Below the pieces are notes generated by a model. The model was not told the origin of the DNA. It did no database searches and saw only the letters and a program-made list of their open reading frames with translations. The translations under genes were made by a program, and so were the position numbers. A stretch of 33,405 nt of DNA from assembly GCA_032718475.1 (NCBI GenBank), contig JAUCBJ010006072.1, positions 1-33,405 on the forward strand, in the 5' to 3' direction. Below, one piece after another: positions 1-12,000 of the stretch (position 1 is its first letter; each line of letters opens with the position of its first letter). Source of the DNA: Nemertoderma westbladi (taxonomy: Eukaryota; Animalia; Xenacoelomorpha).

Positions 1-2147
1 GTTTCGAGCGCCTCGTGCGCGTTTTGGCCGATGAGTATTTGCACTCCAGGATAATCTGTCTGGAATCGAGGTATCTTAAGATATTGGATGCTCTCATCTT
101 CGTCCCAATTATAAAGGTCTGCTTGAGTAGTAGCAAAGTTCTTTATAGCCACCATTTTTACTGACCTTATACCTTGTGTTCCTAACTTATCCTGGGGGGT
201 GGACAACACACCTACATAGTAATCTGCCGTTAGGGTAGCTTTCCAAACCTGCATAATTCCTGACATATTCAATTTAGTCCGGAACTTGGGTTGTCCAGCA
301 AAGATATCTTCGGCTAGTTCTTGATCGATGAATGTTCCTGTGCTGCCGGAGTCAAGGAGGGCGTTCACTATGTAGCTTTTGTTAAGACCGTGAACTCTTA
401 CTTGAACTACAGGAAATTCTCTGATTCCTACATTGGAAGCTGGAGCTTTCCAAGATGGTTGTTTGGCGAAAGTAGTTGGGGGAAACTCATCGTTGATGTC
501 CTTTTCGTAAGTAAGTGCTCGATACACTGCGGTATTGATTAGATAACAGGATTCGTTGGCGTCGGAGAATTCGTCAGTATAGAATCCTTCCATCTCAGAT
601 TCTTGATCAGTGTCGTTTACATCACTGAATTGGACATGTAGTTCGGGCTCACTTACCTGACTCAGTTTGTCTCGTTCGAACTCACTGTGTAACAAGATGT
701 GATGTTTCGCGCCACACTTTGCACACTTTGCGTCGGAGTAACAGGTTCGCCGTTGGTGTCCGGATCTGAGGCAATTATAGCATAACCGCTTATTCCACAG
801 GACTGTACGTCTGTCTACAAGGGATTTCTTTAGAAATTCAGCACACGCACTCAAACGGTGGGGCCCGTCGCACAGCGCACATTTTGGTTTGATGTTACTC
901 ACCTTAACTTGGTTAACGTTATGCACTCTCGTTCTTTCTTCGGGCTTTCTTCCGTGAATTCTCTTAGGAGACGTAGGAGGAGTTGTTGTTACCTGTTCTC
1001 TCCTGTCACTGGTTCGAGACTTGTATTTACTTACGTCTTTATAGGTCTTGTTGTCATAGTAAGATTTTGCTGTGTCTTTCCCGCTGTCCTCTTCTTGAGA
1101 AGCTTGGCTTTCGCCGTCGTCAGTATAACACACTGGTATTATCCTTCTCCTAGAAACGGGTTTCTCACTTACCTTATTTTCCGATGTTTTCTCTCTGGAC
1201 TGCCTTATGAGTTGTAATTTTACTTCACTATCTAAGAAGGACATGAGATCAGCCATGGTAGGACTTCGTCGTTGTTGTTCATTCATGTACAACACTTTCT
1301 TGTCCCAGCGTGTACATACTCCACCCTTTGGTAAAGTAGAGACTACGGCTCCAATAACCATGGAACTCTGATATTCATGCGACTTACCTAACCAGTCCAG
1401 TTGTCTACAGATCTCTTGAATCTCATCGGAAAACTCTATAATCCCGCTACTAAGGAAGTGTTGGGGGGCTACTAATTTTGCATACAAATACTTAGCTATG
1501 TTATCCTTGTTACCATACCTGATGTTTAATGTATCCCAAACTTGTCTTAATCCATCTGGATGTCCAATAAACTTTAACGCCATTAACTTGGGAGGTCCTT
1601 CCAAGCACTTGATGAGGAATCTAAGTTTCTCTCCGTTAGATAGTACAGAGTTCTGTATGCTATCTTTGTAATATTCGTTGAAAGGTAACCATTTCATCTC
1701 ATCTCCATTGAATTTGACGATCTCTCCCACTTTGACCGCTTGGCGGGCTTCTGTTCTAGCCATCTGACGCGTAAAGCTTTCTTGGGCCATCGTGTTATTT
1801 AATATCGAATTATCGGTATATAAAGTTCTCGGATCATTATCAGGTCTATAGGGAATATCATTAATAACAGGTCTATAATCACCCTTAATAGGGTTTGCTA
1901 TAGGAGTTTCAACTTCACTAGCAGTATAGATGCGTGTAGGCTCCACACCTTGCGCATGTATTACTTCAGACCTAACAGGTTGACACAATGTTACAGGGGG
2001 TATTGGTATGCCGTTTTGTATATTGACTAATTTGTCGCGTTCTAGCGCGATACTTTGCTGCACTTCTTGCAACTCTGCTCTACCTTCCCTCACTGTTCCC
2101 TTAAGTTGGTGGACAGTCTCCTGCATCTGTCCTAGCAGGAGATTCAT
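1..2147 (-). mobile_element. BEL/Pao LTR retrotransposon gag-protease polyprotein segment (continues beyond window start)
   Basis: Hand translation in one frame from ATG 2147 gives a DUF1759-type gag core (KFNGDEMKWLPFNEYYKDSIHNSVLSNGEKLRFLIKCLEG...VWDTLNIRYG, from ~1720). It then gives three BEL-type zinc knuckles (CALCDGPHRLSAC, CYNCLRSGHQRRTC, CKCGAKHHILLH, ~690-880), the protease motif VNALLDSGSTGTFID (~325-368) and ILIGQN near the edge. It is absent from the ORF track, consistent with no stop before the edge. Confidence 0.92.
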
Positions 2148-3747
2148 CCCCCACCGTCCGCTCTTCCACCCACTCAACCGCCGAAGCGGGAGTCGCCAAC
2201 ATAGTAGCGGGCTGACGCGGGACGACGGGAGACAAATTTTTGATTTCTCTCTCTGCTATCTGGACAGGGATATTCTCTTGGACTGTTCCACCGGGTACAG
2301 GCAGTGTAGTACTATGCAAAGGGAATTTAGAGTTAAGCTCTGGAAGTACAGGGGTCTCTAACACAGAAGTGACTTTGGGAACGACAGGCCTAATTATTTC
2401 AGGCTCATCAACTATTGTAGGGAGTCTTGTGACCTGAATAATTTGTTCTGTGGGTTCTATACTACTCAAGTCTGTGCTAGCTAGCTGTCTTCTAACAGCT
2501 GGGGGCAAATCAGGCAATTTGTGACGGTGAGATGTTTTTCTACGCCTGCTTAGACGAGATCTATTTCCTCCGCCTTCAGGATCGGTGGTCTCGCCTTCCT
2601 CCGAGGATGTGTATCCCTGGCGCTTGGGAGTAGATTTTCTCATCATCTGCATTTGATTAGCAGTAAACTGTTTATTTATACTGTCTTGCGTCTCTTGCAG
2701 ATTTTCCAACTCCAGTTGGATAGTCTCCTCAGAAGCTCTCCTTTCTGCTTCCGCCACTGCTGCTTTTCTTTCTGCTTCTGCTTCTGCCGCCTTTCTTTCG
2801 GCTTCTGCTTCTGCCGCCTTTCTTTCGGCTTCTGCTTCTGCCGCCTTTCTTTCGGCTTCTGCTTCTGCCGACTTTCTTTCGGCTTCTGCTTCTGCCGACT
2901 TTCTTTCGGCTTCTGCTTCTGCCGCCTTTCTTTCGGCTTCTGCTTCTGCCGCCGCTGCTGCTGCCACCTTTCTTTTCTCTATCATCCGTTCTTTCTTTAC
3001 TTGTTCTTCTTGGACTCTAACGAGGCGGAGTTTTTCATCACATTCAGCTTGGTTTGCAGCTAACATTTCGGCATCGATTGAGTCCAACACAAGCTTGGTT
3101 CCTTCACTATTAGGGGAAAGTCCAGACAGCCGTCTCCTCAACTCTTCGTCTCCTAGGAATCGCTGATAGTCGGACAAATAAATGTCGATAGCGTCTCTAG
3201 TTCGCGGCTTCTCTGCTGCTGTTAATTCGCTTTCCACTTCGCTTTCCACCTCGCTTTCCACTTCGCTTTCCACCTCACTTTCCACTTCGCTTTCCACCTC
3301 ACTTTCCACTTCGCTTTCCACCTCACTTTCCACTTGAGAAGAAGTGGCGTCGGTTGATTCTTCATAGGTTGGCCGCTCATCATAAACCGTATCCGCCATC
3401 TTCGCTCCGCGTTCTGGCGTCCGCTCAACAGTATCCGAACTACTGGAGCTATCGGGCCGCTGAGAACCAGGTTCTTGGCTAGGAGGTTGCTGCTGTTTTA
3501 TAGCTTCTTCTTGATCCCGCTTGACTTGGGCCCGAGTGCCTATGGCAGACCAACGGCGCTTCACTAACTTCGCAAATTGCGAAATCTTTTCTACCAACCT
3601 AGGTTCTGACACAACCACTGCAGGGGTTGCCCTTCTTACAGTATGAGGGGTTTCAGACCTCGGTCTGGGATTCTCTACACTTTGATCTGAGAAACAGGCT
3701 GTTGTTTCTAGGAGACTATCTGACAGAGTTTGCCTTGTGTCAGCCAT
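2101..3747 (-). CDS. N-terminal low-complexity/coiled-coil ORF of the BEL/Pao element (548 aa), out of frame with downstream gag
   Basis: ORF track; acidic ESEV and AEAEAERK repeats; overlaps the gag-pro frame by 47 nt; same strand and directly upstream of the gag core. Confidence 0.75.
   Translation of the reverse strand: MADTRQTLSDSLLETTACFSDQSVENPRPRSETPHTVRRATPAVVVSEPRLVEKISQFAKLVKRRWSAIGTRAQVKRDQEEAIKQQQPPSQEPGSQRPDSSSSSDTVERTPERGAKMADTVYDERPTYEESTDATSSQVESEVESEVESEVESEVESEVESEVESEVESEVESELTAAEKPRTRDAIDIYLSDYQRFLGDEELRRRLSGLSPNSEGTKLVLDSIDAEMLAANQAECDEKLRLVRVQEEQVKKERMIEKRKVAAAAAAEAEAERKAAEAEAERKSAEAEAERKSAEAEAERKAAEAEAERKAAEAEAERKAAEAEAERKAAVAEAERRASEETIQLELENLQETQDSINKQFTANQMQMMRKSTPKRQGYTSSEEGETTDPEGGGNRSRLSRRRKTSHRHKLPDLPPAVRRQLASTDLSSIEPTEQIIQVTRLPTIVDEPEIIRPVVPKVTSVLETPVLPELNSKFPLHSTTLPVPGGTVQENIPVQIAEREIKNLSPVVPRQPATMLATPASAVEWVEERTVGDESPARTDAGDCPPT
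2736..2951 (-). repeat. Coding 27-bp tandem repeat, (AAEAEAERK) x ~8
   Basis: Unit ttctttcggcttctgcttctgccgcct repeated; visible in translation. Confidence 0.95.
3226..3333 (-). repeat. Coding 12-bp tandem repeat, (ESEV) x 9
   Basis: Unit ttcgctttccac/ctcactttccac; visible in translation. Confidence 0.95.
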
Positions 3748-3884
3748 GTTTGATTGTACAGTTGAATGTCTACTGCTATATTACAGTTAAAGCAAGTCTA
3801 GTAATTCAGTATCACTGTTAGCCTAATAATTAATTACCGATACTGCTACTCAGTGTAGCGTGATATATATATAATATATTAGAA

Positions 3885-4130
3885 TACCGGTATGCTTATA
3901 ATATATATATAAGTATTATTACAGACTAGATTTGTCACAGAGTACCGGTATATAATTTTAGCACAAATATATATAAATATATAATAGGCCTATTGTGAAT
4001 ACCGGTATGCAGCTTACACTTATAGTATATCAGTATAATTTTGGACTAGAATTAATTACAGAGTACCGGTATGATTTCAGCTCAAATTTATAGAAATAAA
4101 TCTAATAAGCCTATGGTAAATACCGGTATG
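3885..4130. repeat. Degenerate ~60/120-bp tandem repeat built around the palindrome TACCGGTA
   Basis: TACCGGTA at 3885, 3943, 4000, 4064, 4121; gactaga...cagagtaccggta blocks at 3924 and 4044 (period 120). Confidence 0.75.
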
Positions 4131-5124
4131 TCAATTATTTTAGAATAATTGAATTTCTGAATATTTTAGGGTTACTTGGTTACTTTAACTTACTTTATTA
4201 CCGTTATTTAAGCAGTAGTCCAACTGATATGGAGACCTAGTTGTTGTATGGCAGGCCTACTATTTATAAATCGTTTGAGTTGATTTATAATATATATATA
4301 CCCGTTTAAAAAGGGTTTTTGTCAATATTTGAAATAAATGTTATTATTTCTGGGGGAGTCACTACACAGAAGCTGTGCGCTCTCAGTGAAGTGCTATTTA
4401 TTGGACACTAAAACAGATAATTCTAATTTACCTAAGTTACTTAATACTACAAATTACTTACGATACGGGTGAGATTAAATCTCTAATTAAACACAACAAA
4501 AATATTACGTACGAAATTTTTAGGGTAATTTTACAGGAAGTCTACAAACCAGCCTAACAAAGGGTTAGAATCCTGGTTATTACAACGGACAGGGTACTAC
4601 GGTATTTGAAAATAATAAGTAGTAGTAAATACACTGCGTTGTCCAGATAGGAAAATACCACCGCCTGACGACCTATAACCGTATCGCTATAGGTACTACG
4701 TTATGTATCACGGATTGTTCCTACCTAGAAGTTAATTACCGCGGACTACCAGATCCAGCGTGCCTATTAACCACTTTACAACACAAATATACTGCCTACA
4801 CACTAATTACTTCGGAAAGCACTGTACACTAAACCCTAAATTAGGTACAAGTACTGGTATAACAAATAATCAGCAGTTAAATATACTTGAACAGTTAAAA
4901 GAACCACGGCATCTGCTGGAGTGACCGAAGCACAAAGTCACCAGTCTTTACCTACGCCAAGCAGCCCGTGTAGTACCGGGGTTAATTTAACTATAACGGT
5001 ATGTATAACAAACACAATTACTGTAGGAATAAACTTGGGGACATGAATGTTGCGAATAATCGCATAAACTCTGAATAATAAATATTACGCTACCCGTACA
5101 GAATACTCAAACAAAATACAAACC

Positions 5125-5649
5125 AAACGCTGGCAGACTACCACCAAGCCTAAATAAACTACTGTATGTGCAGATTCCAAAACGGTTAGTTAGTATGCGT
5201 TCTAACACGGTAGTACGACTTATTCTTCAAGAGGGGATTGACCTTACAGTTATGACTGCCCCAACTTACTAACTGGCACTTTATCAGACAAACTCTACAC
5301 AAGCAGCAATCTCTTCAGACCTAATAATAGCTAGACAACAATCCAGCCTACAAAATATCTGAGTAATAACTATTACGGTACCTGAACAGACCACACAAAC
5401 AAACACAGGCTAAAACGCTGGCAGACTACGATCAAGCCTAAATAAACTACAGTATATGCAGATTCTGAAATAGTTAGTTAGTATGCGTTCTAACACGGTA
5501 GTACGACTTATTCTTTAAGAGGGGATTGACCTTGCAGCATATGGCTGCCCCAACTTACTAACGGCACTTTATCAGACAAACTCTACACACGCCGTAATCT
5601 CTCCAAACCCAACAACAGTCAGACAGCAGTTCAGCCTACAATTATCTGA
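5125..5649. repeat. Direct tandem duplication, period ~288 bp, in the presumed retrotransposon leader
   Basis: aaacgctggcagactac...gttagttagtatgcgttctaacacggtagtacgacttattct...cagcctaca at 5125-5362 and 5413-5649. Confidence 0.93.
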
Positions 5650-5822
5650 ACAATCTGAGCAGACTTACACGTCTTCAGCTCAATATTTACTTACTAGGAA
5701 ATAAAACCGACAGAAATAAGTAAAATCTCAATAAAAACCAGGGCGGCCGTTCCCTGATTAAATACTAAGACCTACCGGTATACTATAATCAAAATCGAAT
5801 AATACTAATGTACTTATACTGG

Positions 5823-5948
5823 AAGTACCGGTTAGGGCAGTTGGGCCTACGGACCTACAGAAGTGCCGGTTCTGGCAGTTGGACCTACTGACCTACAGCA
5901 GTACCGGTTCTGGCAGTTGGGCCTACTGACCTACAGAAGTACCGGTTC
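5823..5948. repeat. 38-bp minisatellite x ~3.3
   Basis: aagtaccggttctggcagttgggcctactgacctacag-type units at 5823, 5861, 5899, 5937 (partial). Confidence 0.93.
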
Positions 5949-7275
5949 AGGTTTACCGGTCGATCGGTACTTTCAACTTTATTGCTTACTGCAATAAAGT
6001 CAATGACTGTTATTGTACGCGCTTTTGAAGACCTTTAGCAGTTTAACCTGCCAAAATTTATATGTCTTTTGATTTATAAATATACTTTAGAAGATGGCAA
6101 ATATTAAATACCAATAAACACAACGTTAGCAGAAGCCAGCCTAGTGCGCGTCCATTCACCCGCTGGATAATCCCGGGAGACTGGATTCTGTCGGCTTAGA
6201 TTATTATTGCAGTGAAGCTTACGGTATTGTATTATTCGATTGATCATTAATAATTAATTTCTGACTAATATTATTCACTTTCGGGAAATATTAACAGTTC
6301 CTTTAGGACGTGGCGCTCTATCTAAGTAAACAGAGATATGACTTATACTAATCACAACGGTAAGTAGGTAAGGCTTATGATTCACGTATGAGGCGCATTC
6401 TTTAGGAAATGCTTAGTTATCAGCCACAATCATGCACACTACCGGTAACGCACAATACTGCTCACTAATTTGCCGACCGTCAATGAATTTTATCATATAT
6501 AAAGAGAATAGCAACGGACTCATGTAGGGCTTATCAAATAGCATTAAATTCAATACACACCACAATAATATAAGTCGCAATCGCTATATATATAACCCGC
6601 CTCTCTAACCTGTAGTGTATCAAGAAAATTGGGAAATTTGGGTTCTTTATAAATGTTCTCCAAATAATATTCCATCCACTGATATAAGATATGACAACAG
6701 TAAAAACATTAAGACGGTAGGTTAAGATATGATATGCACTGATATGGACCGATATGTGAGTTGTTATGAACCGATAACAGTCATACGCTCTATAATCTTA
6801 AGCCTACTAATGTTTCTTTCTAGAGCCGTTGTTTCTGGCTTAGACAGCAATAACATCAGTAAAAATCGTATCAGTAAAAAACTGTAAGACTGAACAATCC
6901 CAGTATGATCGGCTCAAAGCTCCACATCGACAGAGAGAATCGCTCTGATTGGCTGAAGCCAAACAAAGAACCATGCGTCCAATGGCTGTTTCCATTTAAG
7001 CAACCAGCTGCTAGATGTCGTAATCTGAATCATCACGGCTAAGCTGTGTAAAAGTATTTGCCGTATTGCGGGTTTTTTGCCTTACCATGTCCGCTAAAAC
7101 ACGTATATAGCAGAATGACTTTTATGTCCGTTAAAACACCTGTAACGGTACCTTGCGGGCGAGGGGAATATATATACAGTTAGAGAACCTTTTTTAGAGT
7201 ATTCCAGCGCCTGGGGGGAAACTGGATTGCGAAGCAAAGGGGCCAGTTATATCCCACAGAAGCTTTTACAGATGG

Positions 7276-7968
7276 TTTTCAAAATTTGGTGCTAGCACCA
7301 CATTTTGCACCCACTTCCGAAAAATACAAGTTTGAGATGTCTAGTTCGATAATTATATTTTCCATTGAATTCAGAACAGCCATAAACCTCTAAAACGCAA
7401 GAAATAAAATGTCACAAGCAATTTTATATATTGAATGGATTTTCAAAATTTCGTGCTAGCACCAAAATTTGCACACAGCACCGAAAAATACAAGTTTGAT
7501 ACGCTTGGTGCAACTCGTATATATTTCATCGAATCCAGAACCCCAAAAAACCCCAATTGCGTAAAAAACAAGTTTCAAACAATCAATTTACAAAATTGAC
7601 TTATTTCAAAGCACCCATCGAAAAAAACAAGTTTGAAATTTCTAAATCAATTTATATGAATTCCATCCAATTTCTAACACCAAAAAACCGGTGTAAATCA
7701 AAAATAGAGATGTTACAATTAATATTTAACGAAATGTAATTTTCAAAAAACGTCTCAAAAAAAGTGCCAAAAGTAGGGTTAAAAAATGGTGCTATAACTC
7801 GAAAAGTACCCAATATTTTTGAAAACGGTTTTCACTACCATGAAGACAATAGATTTTTAGGAAAAGTCGTAAAATTTCAGATACCCAACTGCGTTTGTTT
7901 CAGAATTATAATAAAAAAACCACGGGGGGGTCATATTGACCCCCCCCCCCCGGGTTTAATAGGGTTAA
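7276..7968. mobile_element. Probable piggyBac-type non-autonomous DNA transposon fragment (one end visible)
   Basis: Ends ...AGGG-TTAA (7961-7968), preceded by a G8-tcatattga-C12 subterminal hairpin; internal ~164-bp direct repeats at 7276 and 7440. No matching TTAACCCT left end found. Confidence 0.55.
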
Positions 7969-8339
7969 ACAAGTTTGAAAGCATTTTTACTACATTATTT
8001 ATCGATCAAAATTCGAAATTTACGCACGATTTAGATATATTCTATATCTGCCATGTTGGCATTTTTATGAGAAAGAAGCACGAACTCAGTTTTATCTGGA
8101 TTTAATTTTCATTTAATTACCTGATAAATGTTTGAAATATTTTTAAATTTGTGTATATATTAATGACGGCAGTGTGTGTCAGGTTTAGAGGTATACAAAA
8201 CACAGTTATCAGCGTAGAATACAAATTTACAGTTACCAGACATATGTTTAGGGAAATTGTTCATATATAAACTAAAGATAAGAGGCCCTAGACAGGTTCC
8301 CTGGGAGACACCTTTCTTCATAGCAAATAAGAAAAAATG

Positions 8340-8520
8340 GGAAATATCGTTCTCAGGTATTGGAGGCGTAACTTCTCCCGACTCATTTCCAGTATAGACT
8401 CCCCAGATATAACTGGTGCTCTTTTAAAGACCATGTTTTAAGGACCATGGCTAAACGAAAACTAACCAGGCTCCCATACCGCGTCGAACCCACGCCCTCC
8501 AGAGAGATGTAAGGCAATGG
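8340..8520 (-). mobile_element. Degenerate tRNA-derived SINE remnant
   Basis: ccccagatataactggtgctctttta (~8401) resembles the core of the 27597-27857 SINE; B-box-like gtcgaacc at ~8483. Confidence 0.4.
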
Positions 8521-9072
8521 ATTCAATACAAAAGTTCTAAAATACCATAATCGTAGAAAAACATTGAATTTGCGTGTTTAATTAAAACATGAATCTTAAA
8601 AAATGGCTTTAAATGCATCCATACATTATATGCTATTAGTTTGAACTGTCAAAATGCTATCACAATATTGCAATTTTAGAGTTAAGATATGGAAATACAA
8701 AGTTATAATCACTTCTGCCTTATCCTTCATCAAATTAACCAAGCATAATAACCTCCTCAGCCTGCGGCATAAGTAATTATACAGGTTATATGCTGCTGGA
8801 AGGGCATCTGTGATTATTTTGTTTTATTCGCTTCAGGTTATTATTTCCGTATATTAGCTCTAGAACACTGCAATATTCTATTTATAAAGCGTAGAGAATC
8901 ATATATACATAGAGTAATGAAATATTGGAGACATATTTTAGACAGCGCACTACAATTACTCAACAATAAAATTACGGTAGACCTATAGTATATAATTTCG
9001 AATGTACTGATCCATTGTCATATTTACAGTAACTGCAGGAGTAAGCTCTCTCTCCTGTGAATACCATTGTGT

Positions 9073-9093
9073 TTATAAGATGGCACAACATCT
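9073..9093 (-). other. C-terminal CaaX box (R-C-C-A-I-L-stop)
   Basis: CAIL fits the CaaL geranylgeranyltransferase-I consensus; the adjacent Cys is a candidate palmitoylation site; basic RKASR precedes it. Confidence 0.8.
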
Positions 9094-12000
9094 ACTTGCT
9101 TTCCGAAATGCGATTCCTTCAGCTTGAGCTTCGCCATAGCCAAATATTGCTTCATTCTGAAGATCTATTTGATCGGATAGTTGCATCATACTCTTTTTGT
9201 CAAAACATCCTAGTTCATCAGTTTCTAGATGCATTTTAATGTTTTGAACGAGCTGAGTAACTCTCACATCATTGTCTAAGTTATTATGTTTATTATAGTT
9301 ACCATGGCTTCCATGAGTTGTAAATGAGTTACAAAACTCCATAAAGACGGTACCGGAGAATGGTATAGCCAATTCTCCTTTAGGGGGCCAACCAGCATTA
9401 CTGCAACAGGTCTTCTGACTCTCAAATAATAATGGCATTATTTTCTTTTTTCTTTCAAAAGCCAATTGGCCTTCAGTAACACAATATCTCGATGTTAGAT
9501 ATCCTTTACTAATACAAGGTATGAACACTTTACAATTTGAGATACCTTCATCGATTCGTCCAAACAGCTTATCTCCACCTCCCATCTGCCCAATGTCCAT
9601 CCAACAAGTAATACCTTGTTTCTCCAACTGTTCTTTCAGCTGTTTTACATTTTCTTGAATCTTCCAATTATAACTTAAAAATATCTCCTTGGTACTATCT
9701 CTAGTTTTGATTTTCCTCTCCTGTGGTTCAGATGGTATTGGACGTTCCTGCGGTACCCATTGCCTAAATTTATGAGTACTCACACGGTTATGTCCACATA
9801 ACATAACCTTCTTTTCTAATGATTCTTCCATGTCTAAGAAATGAATACATTCCATTTCAGGGCAGTGTTCTACTTTGTGGAATTCACACTCGGTTTCACA
9901 AGGACATGCAACAGCTGTCATGTATGATATATTTTTAACCCATAGATGCTTGAAATCATTTAGAGTTGACTCTATAAAGTGTCTTACAGCAGCAAAAGCT
10001 TCAGGTTTTGGAGTCTTTCCTTTATTTACAGATATTTCTCCATCATCGCTTATGACACTAACTCGAACTATACTAACCTTGATTCTAGCCAGTCGAATAG
10101 GTGCCATTTCAAGAATACAATCATGTTCATCATCTATATAAAACCGAACTACTCTGTGATATAGTTTTGGTTCAGAGCTGCCTTGATCTTGGGACCATTT
10201 AACAGCCCTCACTGACAATCTATTAAATAAACCATCCGGGAGGAATCCATCAAATATTATGTGGAAAATAATATCACTTTCGGAGTGAGGAATAAAAATC
10301 TTTTTGTTTGGAACTTTCATCCTGGCTGGAATGTAAAATGATCTGTATGGTAAAATACTTTTTTGTTTCGGTGGCAATTTCTCACACATTAGATCAAACT
10401 TTTCCATCAATGCAATTAAAGTTGATTTTTGTGAGATTATGGAGTTCCACATATGATCCAGTAATGGTTCATCTAGAATACCATTATCGTCTAGATTCTC
10501 CCAATATGGTCTCAGTGCTACCCACTCATTGTCGATATCAGCTATCGTTATGATCTTTTTAAACACATCTATCAGCCACTGTGGATTGAGTATTACAGTA
10601 TTTCTCAAACTGTCATCAGTTGCACCCAAACCTCCATAATAAATTATGGTTCCCAAATCATGGTAAAAATTCAGCATTGTCAAGAATGTAGTATCTGATG
10701 TAATTCCAACTTTGTTTGCAATATCACGGACTTTATCAATATTCGCAAAATTTTGATAATGTATTTTCTGTATGGCATTTTCAAATTTTAACCAAAGCAG
10801 GGGCATTAACTCTCCCATGTACTGCTGCTGTTTGGATATATCCTGAATATGTTGTCTAAGTTTGATAACTTCTTGGTCTGATCCATTTTCTATGTGATTC
10901 TCCACTGCATAACACTCATTCACAAGATGCATTGCATATGACTTCCTCGCAATCATTTCTTTAATTAATTTGAACTTCTGTCTTGCCATTTTATTTTGCT
11001 CCTCCGGGCTAGAATGCAAACTAGCTCTATGAGTTCCTACAATGAATATTGGAGGTGTTTCAACATATTTATCCTTACCAATACATTTCCGTTGTTTTCC
11101 AGTCTGCTTTGAAGTGAAAGCATAAATTGATTTCATCCAAAAGTCGATAAAATCAATATTTCGCATCTCATGATGCACAAATTGACTATCTGGATCATCA
11201 TCAGTGCCACAAGGTCCTCTTCGTTGAAGTGTTTGAGCTGGGGCTTCTAGGTCATCCGTTAGATTGAACACTATCACATACACTGCCCTGTATGTTAGGA
11301 AAACCTGGTGTGTTGCATAATACACTGATTGCCCAGCAAAGTCCCAAATACTTAGTGTAATTTTATCACTTTCTTCAGCCATTTCTGTATAAATATCGCT
11401 TTGTTGTTCCTGATCTAACATCTCAATCAGTAACTCTTTCACCCTGTCAGGTATATCAACACGACTGTCATATATATCTTCCTCTTTCACCTGACTTTCG
11501 ACCAATAATCTACTAATTTGTTGTGTAGATACTGGCCCATCATCTATTGCAATTGAAGATTCGCTTTCGCTTGATTGGATGTGTTCTTTTTCATGATTAT
11601 CTCCATACTGTATATCTTGATTTTCATCATTTTGTAAGCTACTTTTTGCATCTTCATTTATACTTGCTGAGGCAGTTTTCGAAACTCTACTTACTTTACT
11701 TAAAAATTCTTGTTTCTTTTTAATAATTTCCTTTGCAACTAAATATGCCAATCTTCTATTATACTCATCCTCTAGATTTGTTGTTTTATTATCTGCCTCC
11801 TTGGTGTTGTTTGATTGCCATGGCTGCCAGTCACTGACATCTATTTCGCAGTTATCATTTACAGTTATTCCATCTGTTGAAATCTCATTTGGATTAAACT
11901 TTTCACCCATTAGAGAATTCTTCAAACTTGTCTTGCCAGCCCTATCCTGTCCGACAAGCATTAGACGTGTTCTAAATATTGGTTTAGTTCCATTATTCAA

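Noticed and set aside
2101-2160. Classical -1 ribosomal frameshift
   Set aside because: The required shift is +1 and no X XXY YYZ slippery heptamer is seen at the overlap.
321-3821. Plus-strand ORFs such as 858-1217, 2008-2361, 2653-3063
   Set aside because: Antisense shadows of the retrotransposon coding region.
6905-7180. Primer-binding site and 5' LTR of the BEL element (tggagctttgagccgatc on minus, resembling tRNA-Tyr PBS)
   Set aside because: Several mismatches, no adjacent TG...CA LTR edge, and the second LTR is outside the window, so it cannot be verified.
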